This document shows, in pieces, positions 1 to 12,600 of a stretch of 64,000 bases of DNA. A model generated the notes under the pieces. It did no database searches. It was not told the DNA's origin and saw nothing but the letters and a program-made list of their open reading frames with translations. Each line of letters starts with the position of its first letter. Position 1 is the stretch's first letter. The position numbers were made by a program, and so were the translations under genes. The stretch is from Anthoceros angustus (lineage: Eukaryota; Plantae; Anthocerotophyta): assembly GCA_010909165.1 (NCBI GenBank), contig MU008160.1, positions 558,001 to 622,000 of the forward strand, read 5' to 3'.

Positions 1-637
1 GGGCAAATTTTGTAAGAGAGAGAAATGACATATAAAAGGGTGGTATAGGCACCAAGTCTATACAGTTCACGGACCTCGGCTCCTCGGCTGCGATCGAGTT
101 AGGCGCGTCTCGGCCCCGGACTCGGCCGCTCCCGCCGAGGCGGGCGCGGCGTCGGGCGCCGCGGCCTAAACGGTCTCGGCCTCACGGCCTCGTGGTTCTC
201 GTGACGCCCCTCGCTCCTTCTATGGCTTAGAGGGAGCGTTGGTACACTTTGATATTGAAGAAAAAGCAACACGATTCTCGATGAGGGTTAGAGACTAAGC
301 GATTCATTCCACACTCTCATTGATTCAATATTTAAACCAAAAAACATATGGCCTAGAGGGAGCGTTGGTATACTTTGATGTTGTCACGTTTAGGATGTTC
401 CAACGCACCTTTCTCAGGATGGGCGGAACGGTTGTCCATTCATCATACAAAATCTAACTCTTAGTTCTTTTAAGAGGACCTCTAGCGGTTCTCTGTGATT
501 CCTTGAAAATTCTAGAAGGGGAGCACCTCTGTTGGCCCAGGCAAGGAGGCGTCTTCTCTGATAACCTGGCATGGTGCCTCAACATATATATAGGTGGATG
601 TCATGAGATTGGATGTGGGAATTAAGAACAAAATTTG

Positions 638-650
638 GGCTTTGATACCA
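638..650 (-). other. Primer binding site (tRNA-iMet type)
   Basis: Minus strand TGGTATCAAAGCC directly after the LTR CA; one mismatch to the canonical TGGTATCAGAGCC. Confidence 0.75.
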
Positions 651-852
651 TGTGATAAAGCGAGGATTTAAGGAGATCGTGTTTTGCTCGGATTGATTGT
701 TGCTATAAGGCGTTATGTACAGACGTGTGTATGTGAAACGTTGCATCTAAGACCGAACTGTTTAGTCCATTAGCATTTGATATCTACCGAGATACGAATT
801 GGGCCCTAAGGGCTAGAATTATTAGCTTAACGCTAGAATTATTAGCTTAACA
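651..852 (-). mobile_element. 5' LTR (~200 bp) of an LTR retrotransposon, probably Copia-type; the element continues leftward
   Basis: On the minus strand it reads TGTTAAG...TATCACA and is followed immediately by a PBS. It has a 20-bp terminal tandem duplication (812-851) and shares the GCCCTAAGGGCTA box and the termini with the LTR at 39795-39990. Confidence 0.75.
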
Positions 853-1670
853 CCTCGAACGTCGCAGCTCCCTCATTCACATCGCAAGTAATTTCGTCTC
901 CTTCTTCGTACATACATAGCTTCCAGGTGCACCTGGATAAAAGTTTTTGACGGCCCTAGGAATAGCCAAACGCCCAAGTGCCTGGCTTTCTGGGAGCCCA
1001 TAGAGTGTGCTTCTTTCTAGCATTGACCAAGTTTGCTCAACCATCGGAAAAGTACAATCTGAGAACCAGAGGAAGATGCTTCCTCGCATCGGCGAGAGAC
1101 GGGTAATTGGTGTATGGGACACACCTGGTTGGTTTCTACTTTTCAAAGCACATGGGAGTGTAGATCTTGGGTGCGCTGGTATTTGTGGTGTGTGCATACC
1201 GTGAGGACTAAAAATTTCACCTATAAAGATTGCATGCCTATAGTCAATCCTGGATGAATATGCCTTGCATAAATGTTAACTCTCTATAATTATTACTTCT
1301 GACCTTCTTCTCTGAAATTTTCAAAATAAGTATTAGATGTTAATCTCAAGAAAATAGGGCCTTCATAGTATAGTGCTATTGAATGTTATAGTATGATAAT
1401 ATCTAAAAATAATTATAATATTATTAAATATATATTAATATGAAGATACACGTACTATATATACTATAAATATCATGATGATTATCATGATGATAAATTA
1501 GGGCTCATTGATGTGCACCATTAATTAACTAATAAAAATAAAATAATGATTATAATACATATTATATCTGAATAATTATTACGCTCATAGTATCTACTAC
1601 CGTACCGTAAGAGTAGGCTGTAATAGCTTAGAGTGTGGGACAAGTTTTCAGCAAGGGGAGGAGCCCAATA

Positions 1671-2198
1671 CAGAAGGCCCCCCCCTCTAATTGGGAACTC
1701 TATAAATGGGATTCCTCTCTAAATGGGACCTCCCATCCTACTCCCTTTAGTTTATAATGTAATAAATGGGACTTTTCCCTAAATGGTAATTGGGACCTTT
1801 TGAAACATACATTCATGTTAGTTTCATCTCCTAAATAGGATTTTAATTTTTTTACTAAAAAAATTAAAAAAGAAAAAGGAATCGATTATTTGAGCACAAT
1901 AGACTTTTAGGTGTGATTGAAGACTCTTAAGCTAAGCTTTTTCCTTTATGATAGGTAGAGGTTTTTTGATGTTGCTTAGAGAGAGTGCTAGCTGTCAAAT
2001 AACTACATAGAGAAGTGTTGAAATCTATCAATGAAAATTTAAAATTTTCTTTTTTTTTTTGGATTTTTTATTTTTAAGTTTATAATAATAATAATATTAT
2101 TAAATAGGGAGAATATAATTGGGACACCTCCTTAATGGGACCTCTAAAGGTAGAACCAGTCTAACCCGAACCAGTCCCAATTAGGGGGGGTTGGACTG
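1671..2198. mobile_element. Tc1/mariner (pogo-like) MITE, 528 bp
   Basis: TA at 1669-1670 and 2199-2200 (TSD). Imperfect TIRs CAG..CCCCCC.CTAATTGGGA / TCCCAATTAGGGGGGG..CTG. Repeated internal TAA(A/T)TGGGA motifs; AT-rich non-coding interior. Confidence 0.7.
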
Positions 2199-2727
2199 TA
2201 CCTTATTTTTCCACTAGGCTTGTCATGCGAGATTCCTGGAAAAGGTCACATCATCCAAGTACGAATGTGCCTATGGCATGAAGGATAACAGGATGAAAGG
2301 GCATGAATGCGTACTTGAGCACTGTAACAGTGCCAAAGGTTGGAAAGGGGTTTGTGCCACACGAGCGGTACGGCGGGCAGGCGCGTTTATTTTGCTGATG
2401 AGATTTAGGAGACAGGACGGCCAAGCTCATGCTGGGCGCATCCTGCAATCAGAACATTCACGTGATCTCGTTGGAGGATACAAGGCTGGGAGTCAAGAGA
2501 GCAGCAAATTGTCGAATTATTATTCATCGCCCGGAAATTCTGGAAGTAGCGAAGAGAAGGAATCAATGGTTCTGGGACAAAGTGTACACAGACCTTTATT
2601 GAATCCTGCGTTGAGAGGAAACGGTTAGGTGTTATACAATGTACAACATTCAAATGAGGTTAGCAAACCTACTAGGTGGTCCATGCATTCTGTGCTATTG
2701 CTGAATGCATTTCCGCACTACCTGTTC

Positions 2728-5700
2728 TTAACTACCAGACCTGGAGTCCTTCAAAACAAACACCGTCGAAGGCTGGCTGCCTAGAGCTGATGCCGCAGAC
2801 TCTACATGCTGCAGCAAGAAGTCGTAGATCTTGCGCTTCAGCCTGGCCAGCGTGTCCAAGACTCTTGGGTCGAGAGGCACTCCCTGGTCTGTGCTTGCAG
2901 CTGAGGTTTTTCCCACGTGGTCTAGCCAGTCGTTCACCCGCTTGAGCTGAGAGAGCATGGCAGCAATTTGGGAGTTGTCAGGCTGCAAGGGAGCTGGAGC
3001 TGGCGCAGGGTGCTGCCCTTTAAGCGTGGAAGGGGCAGCATCCTGGCCTGAAGATGCCTGGAAGCCACTGTCCAGGGCGGCCTCCATGAAATCCAAAAAC
3101 CAGTTTTGAGCTTCGGTTTGAAGTATTCTCCCTAGTTCTGCTGTGTCCACTAATCCGTTCCCCTTCACCCACTCCAGGGGCCCAGTAGATGGCTTCTTGG
3201 CGCCGCTATTGCCATTGTCCTGATGAGATAGCACTCGAACAGGTCCTTTAACAGCGCCAGAAACCTTGGATGGGATGCTGTTGTTGTTGCGCCTACTGCC
3301 AAGAACTGCCTTGAGAGGGGAGGCGGGCCTCACGTCCCCTCCACCTTCACCTGCTCGTCTCCTGTCACTGCTCATCTGTGGTTGAAGGACTGAAGACAGG
3401 GCTGCCCTCGCTGGCGTCCTGCTGTGCAAAGGTGACGGAGGTGTGAGCCCCATCTGTTCCGACCTCTTTGGTACAATCGAAGGAGAAGGACTCCGGCCTT
3501 TCGCAACAGTTGCAGGAGTCTGGGGACTGGAGGTCGTCGGGGGCTCCAACACCAGGAGAGTTTGGGCCTGGCCCAATTTCCCACTGCTCGCATCCTTCTT
3601 CAAGGGGTTCCTGCTCACAGCAGCTGTGCTCCATGCTTGTTTACTGTGCACAGAGAAATTGGCCAGATCTGTTAACAAAGCTGTGCTGACCCATTGCGCT
3701 GCACTTTTTGCCCGCTCCGCATTCATTTCTCGAGCTGCTTCGTCAGTGGCACCATTGGCTGTGGCATCATCCACGGACAGAACACCCGAACCATCCAAAC
3801 CTCCGTCTGGCATCTTGACCCCTGCTAAGGCATCCGCAACAGCTAATGCCTGTGCCAGTGTTTGGTGAAGACTTAAGAACTGCTCCACTGACGGCTGAGG
3901 GAGATCCTTCTTAGCCATCGCACACAGCTCTGCGAACATGCTGCAATGCGAAGCGGCAGAGGCCCATCACAGTCAGCAAGAGACTAGACATCAAAAAATA
4001 GTCTCTGGTATTATGGAAGCTAAAATTATGAACAAACAACTCGCCTGAGATTTCGGATGACACTTTCGGCAGCTGAAGCTTCTTGCAAAGCTTCAGCTGC
4101 GGCTTTGGATGCCGCGTCTCGTCTTTGCATAGCCTCCTGCAGTAATCACAACCACTCGATAGTTCAGGGAATTGCCAAGACAGGAAGACATGCTATGGTC
4201 ATAGTCTTGTGCTACACGAAAGAGAAACACACCTTTCCCAAAGACACAAGGCTAGCAGGAAGTGAGTTCCATGACACACTTCCGTCTGTCCATCGTTTGC
4301 TGCTGACAACTGGTCTAGCAGCACCTAAAGCAGGAGTTGGCGAAGGCGTGCCATCTCCATGACTTGGAGACTTCTTCACCAGTGTGGCATTCATTGATTT
4401 GACAGGGGTTGACGACGGAACTGGTTTCACCACCGTCGGAACTTTAGCTGGAATGAGAGCGATGTTCTCACTGCTGAGCCTTTTAGCAGCCTACAAGTAA
4501 ACAAGATACGAGTTGTCATCAGAGTTACATAAGAAACCCAGCACAACAGGGAAAAAATCCCAGCTGGAAAGACTTACAGAACTCCGGATGACAGCCTTCA
4601 TATCAACCTTAGCTTGCTTCAAGCCTGCCCTGTCTTTGCCCTCCTTACGTATCACTGATCCCTCCCAGCTCTTGCGCATGTTCTTCGCACTGATAGCAAT
4701 GAGCTCACCAGTTCTGAGCCCGTTGCCTCCCAGAGAGCGGCGCTTGTTCCCATCACCTACACTGATACCAAGAGTACCTCTACCCGCACTGACAGATCTC
4801 CTGAGCCCTGGCGAAACCTGTCTGGACTTGGATGGAACGATAACAGAAATGTCCCTGAAAGGAACCAATCTTTCCTCAGGACAAGCGAGCACTCTCCTCT
4901 TGGCAGCAACCCTCTCAGTCTGTGAAGCCTTCAGCCTATGCAGTTCCCTTTCAAGCGAGGAAGGGCTAGGGGATGGGTCACATCTTGAAGGAGACGATGG
5001 TATGGAACGACTACCACGGATTGGAGTCTCAGCAAAGACCTTCGACTTCACGATCCTTCCCTTGGGTCGACTGGAGTTTCCACCACCTACTACTCTGCCC
5101 TCGTCGATAAATAATATGGACTCTGCGGACCCGCCTCTGGATCTCTCCAAAGACGCCCTATCAGTGAGCTTAGGGGAAGGGAGGCTTTCCCCAGAACTCG
5201 GCCGAGTGGGGAACTTCCAGCCGTTCTGCTCCACCCTTGGAATGGAGTGGCCGCTTGAAACGGCCCTGTCCGAAAACTTGTGCAATGCATGCTCCACACT
5301 CCCGACTTTGTCAACATGCTTGGCAGAAGCCCCATCCGAGCCCTGGGACTCCGACCTCCTGCTGAAGCTGTTTCTCGGGGTTACAGTCTCGGCAGACGCT
5401 GGCTGAGCCAGCAGGGGATACGCCGTTCCCTTCTGCAAAGAAGAGATGTCAGTGGCTACCAGGTCTTCCGGCGTTCCCATAATCGGATGCCTCCCTGGGA
5501 TAGGCCTCACATCCGTCAACAAGGGCCAAGGATGCCCCGGGTCCAACCTATCAATGTAGATAAACTGCCCCAGCTGCAGCTTGTCGCTCATGATGAGCTC
5601 CGCATTCTCATCGTCCAGCAGCACAGTGGTGGAATGCGAAGAATCCGAAATCTTGATATAAAAGCCATTGTTAGGCCAGAGCTCCCCCCCTTTGCTCAGC

Positions 5701-5816
5701 GCTGGCGTGATGCTAATCACCTGGAGCAGCACGGACCGGTGCTCTCCACCTACCTTCACATCCGTGTGCAAGTGCTGGAGGAGCTTGATAAGCACTCCTG
5801 GTATCAGGGTTGCCAT
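2728..5816 (-). CDS. DUF936 (CORD-like) microtubule-associated protein, 4 exons: 5816-4578, 4490-4233, 4136-4045, 3940-2728; ~933 aa
   Basis: N-terminal [14 protein letters not shown]...[11 protein letters not shown]...[16 protein letters not shown]...[10 protein letters not shown] (DUF936). C-terminal W-x-SLP...RRDAA...[16 protein letters not shown]...[14 protein letters not shown]...[12 protein letters not shown]. The exons join in frame (2802 nt). Confidence 0.92.
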
Positions 5817-8800
5817 CTTCCTTACTCCACCAAAACCACTCACAGACCGAAGCCACCAGCACAAACGCTGCTATCACTCCAGCAGCGCATCACAAACGGC
5901 CTCGCCTCCTGCAATCCAACACAGAACGGCTTCAAAAACCTGAAAAGCTATCCTTCTCAGAAAACAAACAGCACGACGAAGAGAAGTAAAAAACTAGATC
6001 CTCATGAGCAACAACTTACAAACACGGCATCCAATTCGCGTCGAGATGCAAAAAGCTCAAATTTCTCAGATCATCCGCCTCCGAGTTCCAACTTCCTCCA
6101 ACGACACCCTCCCGTCCTCGGAGACACCGTATCCATACCACACCTCCAAACCCCGCTCCTCCTCCAACCTCCACAGCATCCGGCATCCGGCATCCGACAC
6201 CTTCCTCACCACTCCAACTTCCACATGCAAGCACCCGGCGTTGAAGCGCCAATTTCCTCCTCCTTGATCCACTCTCCACGTAGAAGAATCAGAACCAGTT
6301 CAAACCTCCGCCTCCCTCAGCAAACAGCCTCTCCCCGTGCACGTCGATTTCCTCCAGCAGCCTCGCCTCCTCACTTCCGAGCTCCGGCTTTCACACTACC
6401 TCCCGGCGGGCCTTCTTCCTCTCCTTGCCCTTCCCCTTTTCCGGCCCCGCATTCCCGCTCCAGCCCCCTCCTCTGTCTCCCTGCCTCATCCGTCACCGGG
6501 CGGGCTCACCAGCGCCGCCGCATCCTCAGCACCGCTGTGTCGCCGTCCCGAGCTCTCCTGGCGGGCAGAACGAAGCAGCTCAGCAGGCGCGAGGTGGAAT
6601 GCACGCTCCCGCCATGGCCAGGTTCGTCGAGGTGATCGTGTGGAGCATCGTGACAGATGGGAGAGTCGGCCAAGAGAAAAGGGGGCGGGATGGAGTGGAG
6701 AAGAGATGTTCGCGCGCGAAGGCCCCGCTGACAGGCCCTGACTTGCTTCTGTCGCTCGCCGTTTATTTTATTCCGTTTTTGAAAAATTCATCCGTTAGAA
6801 ATGGAGAGAGATGCTTGTCCGAGGCCCACGAACTTACTTCACTTCTCACCCTCTATCGTATTTCTTGTGCCGCGATGGAAAAGGTTGGGAATTTAGTACA
6901 AGCCGTTAGTTTAGATCCGTTGGAAGTAGGATTTATACCGCATGCAATTAATTGCAGGCAAGCCAAATATGGATATGAATGTGTCTCCGTCTTGACTCCT
7001 TTGGATGTAGTAAGATATATATATAAATTTTTCTGATGATATTTATGATGTAGGAAGAAAAAAATTATTATGTGTGTTTGCTCTTGTGCAGGGAAGTCGG
7101 GATGGTCGACTTTGCTTTTAGGTTTAGAAAGGATAGGCCAATATGGATTGAAGAGTATCATATGAAGAAGATCACAAAAGTTGGTGACATATTGGAAAAG
7201 AGTTATCAATCATGTTTTGGTGAGATATTGGAAGAGATATAAGTCATGTTTTACGAGATAGGAAAACGTGAAGTCCCAACAACTTTAGAGATCTCGAACT
7301 AGGCATTTTTATTGCTGAAAGACAATGCATTTTATTGTTCTTCATATGCTGAAAGACAATGCAGCATTTTATTGCTGAAAGACAAGATATGAGATGAACT
7401 CATGTGGGTGTTTTGAAATGTTATCTCTCACACATCTCTCCCAAAGCTTTGCTAGCTTTCCACACATATGTGATTGATAGCTTTAAAGATGCTAGATTCA
7501 ATGGTTATTCCCTCGGGGAGGTTATGTTACCAGGGATGGAGCATAAAGGGTGTAATATCATGGAGTGCAATAATGTGGCATAAATGAGAGGAAAAAGAGG
7601 AGGTCCAGTGATGGGCGCCACTTGTTGGCGGTCTTGATGTTCGGCTTTGAACTTTTGAAGCAGCCCGATTTGGGCGGTTTGTGGACAAGAGCAAATTTTG
7701 GCAAGCACGTGCATAGGTTGCAGCGTTGGAGGCAGTGTGGACTGCTTCTCCTATGCCAGGAAGCAGGTGATTACCAGATCACGCGGAAGGAGGCTTGATC
7801 GACAAGGAGGCTTGTCGCCAGTGGACTGTTGACAGGGCCCACTTGTGTCCTGTCTGGAGCCTCTGGATAAGTGCCTGGCAACCGCCAGGTACAGTAGGTA
7901 AAGTCTGCAGTGGGCTGGGTCTGTTTTGCTAATCGTGGGGTGGGCATATGCTTTAACTGCAAGGAAGACGAGAAAACCGTCGAGTTTGAGCTGGCAGGAG
8001 ATGGTGGCTCCAGTGCTCGAGATGGGTCCCGTACCCAACTGAAAGTTTGCTCTCGTCGATGCATTTCTCTGCTTTTATTCTATCCACCACCTGTTACCAT
8101 GGCCGTTACGATGGTGGGGTTGTGGGTGGTCCCGGATGGGTGGCCAAATCTCTGTCCCTGGGACCCTGCTTGCCTGGATTAGTCGGAGATGAGTCACATT
8201 TGGCCCATATGACGCTGTCTCGGTGACGGGGGAAGAATGGCCACAGAAGGTTTGCCTCCGGCAGGCTTTGGACTTGGCCAATGAGAGGGCTTCCAGGCAG
8301 GTCCTGGGCCCATTGGGTGCTGGGAGATACACACATACAGGACAGTCACACTCATCGATGCAACATGCTGGAACAGTGGAGGAGAACATTGAGGCATGTG
8401 CAGGGGATGTCCGAGTGTGCCTCGCAAGGATGATGCAGCAGGATGGTGTCTTGTAGCCGCCCATGGGCCCTGGTGGGCTGCTTACGGAATGCATTGCCTG
8501 TCACATGGCGGCAGAGTGCCTGGGCACTCGTCCACTTCCTGGGTCACTGTGTACATAGTAATATGGTATGTAATAGTACTGCCAGCAGCCGCACTGCATG
8601 GGATGCGATGTGGAAACGTCTCCAGATCAGCAGGTGGGCGCTGCTGGTTTGTACTGGAGGAAAGGATTGATGTAAAGGCATTTCTGTTGCTCTGAGCTGC
8701 TGCTGGAGGATGGAGTACATGATAGATGCAGATGCATTCACCAGAGCCGTGATGGAACGGCAGTTTGCGGAGGGTTGTTGGGAGGGAGAGCACAAACGTC

Positions 8801-9613
8801 AGTGGATGTGAGCTGCGATGCTGCAGCTCCGAATGCATGATAAGGTTGAATGTCCTTGTCCTACAAATCTCCACACCAGCACCCACCACCCACCACCCAG
8901 CCTCCAGGCCAGGGCACAGACTACAGGTACCGCGCTGCAATGTCAATGTCCTGGGCCCTGGATGAGGACGGGTTTCAACATGCCGACACATGACGGGCAT
9001 GTGGGCTCAAATTCTCTTTGCTTCATGCTGGAAGTGTCGGGACACGAGGAAGCCGGTTTGGCAGGGGCATTTGAAACGGGTCTCTAGCTCCCCAGTCGTT
9101 TGGAGACAGAAAGAGGCCATGGCTGAGGTCACACCAGGGAACCAGGCGGGAAGAGTCAAGACCCAGGGGCACATGCCGGAGCACATGAAGGGCAGCTCAC
9201 ATCCACACGCCATGGCCTATTGTAAAATAATCCATGCTGTCCAAAGACTGTCAGCAGAGATCGCTGCCGATGGGTCCAGGATTGGCGTGGTTTGGGGCAC
9301 GCTGTCGGGAAAGGAGTGGCAGGCCGGCACTTAGATAATGACTGCCTTTGCTGGAAAGCTAAGGAAAGAACGGTAGCTTGCAATGGACTTCAACATTCAC
9401 ACGCTTCCACAAAATCTTACATCTCTTTGTTCCCCACGCGTGAGGACTTGGCACAGCAACCAGTCCCCGAGCAGTCAGATCTTTTGTACAACAGTGCACA
9501 CACGATTTAGGGGTCAAGAGTAAAAACATGACCCAGTATTCGTTACAAGACCTGCAATGCATCCCTCTCTAGGGAGGACTTTTGTCAAGGTCTGTTGAGA
9601 GAAGATCAGTTTA

Positions 9614-12600
9614 TTACCTCAGTTCTTTCTCAGCCATGGCTGCAGCTCTCCTCAACCCCTCAGCCAGACGGCCATCTAACCTCCGCATTGTGTTGAGCAA
9701 GTATGACTCAAATGTCCTGGAGTTCTCACCACTGGGTTGTGCTTGTGTGTGAGGTCGAGCTCGCTTTTCCTCAAATATCAGCTCTGCCTGCAGATATGTT
9801 CTCAGCTCGCGATAGGCTGCAGTCTTGGTGACCCGTGATGCAGGCACTCGCAGGTATTGTAGCACCAAAGCTCCAGCACTTCCGAACTGCTGTGCAGCAG
9901 CCAACTCTGCAACGGAATAGGGATACGCAAGTGTGTGGAAGGGAACATACCCCTCGTTTGCTGTACTTTGAGGGCGAAGCTTTCTACCCTGCTGTGCCTT
10001 CTGGCCTAAACGTCGGAGGACGACAACAAGAGAGGAGAAGATGTTCTGCATTTCCGTGTTTGAAGCAATAGCCGGAAGGAGCCCTGCTGATAGCACCAAT
10101 GCTAGTAGAGACTCATATGAAGAGGCCCCTTCACCATCTGCAGAGTCCAGATCATCTTCATCGCCAGCCTCTAACTCCTGGGCAAGCAACTGCAGAGCAA
10201 GAGATCGAGGAAAGTCGTATGGCAGGAGAAGAGCCAGCTTCAGAGCTGATACTGCATTCCTGTCCCCAATCTTTGCAACCAGCTCCTTTGTCTCATCCTC
10301 GGACACAAGAACCCTGGTGGGGTCTGCCAAAGCTGAATCCAGCGCCTGCAATGCTTCCCTCTCACACCTGTAATGGAACAGCTTCTGCAATGTCAGCTTC
10401 CAACACGAGTGTAGTTTGTGGATTCCTACCGTCTGTTGGAGCTCATCCTTTTCATGGCTAAACTCCTGCCATCCCTCCCCCCAATCATCTTCGTCATCCC
10501 ATCCATCCCACCCATCCTTCTTTCCACCTGAATTCTGCTGTTTGCTGCTTTCTGCCTGATCTGCTTCAAAAAGCTCAGTCCATTCTTCCAACAGAGCCCG
10601 CAGTGCCAAGGCATGATTTGCCGACATTGCACCTGCCTCCAGCTGGCAGAAAAATGATATTGCGGAGTCAGCAGTAGCAATGTCCTGCTCAGTGATGATA
10701 AGACCTGGCCAAAGACGGAACAGGATCTGAGTGCAGCGCATTACAGTCAAGAACCGACTAAGATTTACATCATCCACGTTGTCTGCAATGCCTTGGCTGC
10801 CCTCTTTCCACCCCTCCCACTGTAAAGGTGGTTCATCATCAGCCAGGTGAAATCCCTTCCCCTGGACAGTTTCAAGGAGATCGAAGACTTGGATTCTTTG
10901 ATCCAGGCCAGTATCCGATTCTTTGACACAACTCCACAACCGTTCCCAAACAGTGCGACGAAGCTTCCCTAGAAGTGCTGCAATCTCTGTCCGCTGCATG
11001 CTGCCATGTGAAGCTGTGTCATCTAGCACAGACAGGGATCTCACAACACCTTTCAGCACCTCCACATGAGGCAAACTACTGTTGGTGCTTGCATGCTTCA
11101 GCGCTTCAAGAGCAGAATCTACTATCTTTAAATAGACATCCACAATGTCAGACGCTTCCCAACAGGCTGCTGATGAACTGCTTTCATGAGAATCTTCACT
11201 GTCAGCATCGATTCTATGACTACTATCTTCCTGTTCATCAATTTGCTCGGCTGACAAGATGCCACTAATCATGGGCTGCTTGATACGAACAGCAGAGGAG
11301 GACTTTGCCACCATGTTGTCCACTACCATCAAAACAGCTTGGAGATGACATCCTACCACCACCATGGATTTCAGAAACTTCATCCCCTCACGACCATCTC
11401 CTGAGAAAACACCCATTCTCGTGTATTCCTCTAGAGCATTGAACCCCTGCCTTGAAGTGACTCGTTTTGGACAATCATCATCGAAAAGGATTTGCAACAG
11501 CTTAGGATCTCATCAAGCGAAGTGCTGAAGGCAGGGTTGCTGGGGTTCTCATGATAGCTCAGACACATCTGCACGTCTTCGAAAGCCTGAATCCAGAGAA
11601 GCATCACAGAATATAATGAGGATTCCGCAGTGATGCACCTTTTCTTGCCATCATGTGCTCATGCTCCACTGCATCTTTTAAAGACATGGTTATACTTCCG
11701 AGCAACAGGGTCTGCAAAACATCTCTCAAATGATCTGTTGCCAGATAGCCGAGGTACATCCTACATGAGCTGTAGGAATCATCCAAAGAGCTGATGGAGC
11801 GTCTTCTGTTCTCAGCAGCATCTGAAGGAACACTGCCAAGCAATTTCTTGATCAGTATCAAGTATATTGCCTCAGATGTCGGGAACTCCTCCTCCACTGC
11901 TTCTCTTATGAACCACATAAGGGTGAATACGTTTCACAAAGTCAGAAAATCTGCGAACGTTTGACTCATTCACATGGCTCCATATCTCACTTGTGGCAAG
12001 AGTGGTGTTAAGGTCATCAATGCCCACAAGACTCTTGAAATCCAGATCCTCCACCTCAGCATCCATCGCTAAACACTCATCCGCCATCGCTCTGAAGAAC
12101 TCACTCTGAAAGTCCATAGTATCTTGCCAGCCTAAACCGGACATTGGATGACCTAACTCCTCCTTACTTTTCACCTCTAAGCAGAAGTCACAAACAAGCT
12201 CATAAAAGCATGCCAGACGGCGTTTTTTCACACCATCTAGCTGAGGGTAAACATCTGCAATTAAGCTCTGCAAAATCTCCGCAGGATTAAGCCTCAGCTC
12301 ATTCCAGAGCGTGGAAACTTCACTCCGTATTTCCTCCTCCGTTACCATGTCAGACAGGAGAATAGAACACACGTGCTGCTGAAGCACCTGCAAGAAGTAC
12401 AAAGTGCTTAGAAAAACAACCTAGGTCCACAGAAGGCAAGCTAAAAATTGCAATGAAAAAATAAACATTATACCAGGAACCTGCTGACACCATGAAACTC
12501 TGCCAGTTCCAAGACCGCTGACAGAAGACTTAGCTGACGACCAGGCAATGACTCCACCATCCTCAAGACGGTACTCTGAATGTATGCCTTCTTGCCAGCT

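Noticed and set aside
5280-6635. 451-aa + strand ORF (also the 297-aa ORF at 4513-5406)
   Set aside because: Antisense shadow of the DUF936 exon and its GC-rich 5' region; low-complexity translation with no domain.
7305-7385. TTTTATTGCTGAAAGACAA x3
   Set aside because: Short local slippage duplication in intergenic DNA; no evidence of function.
7700-9400. Moderately GC-rich stretch with scattered splice-like sites and short ORFs
   Set aside because: No consistent exon chain or protein family could be built; a small gene cannot be excluded.
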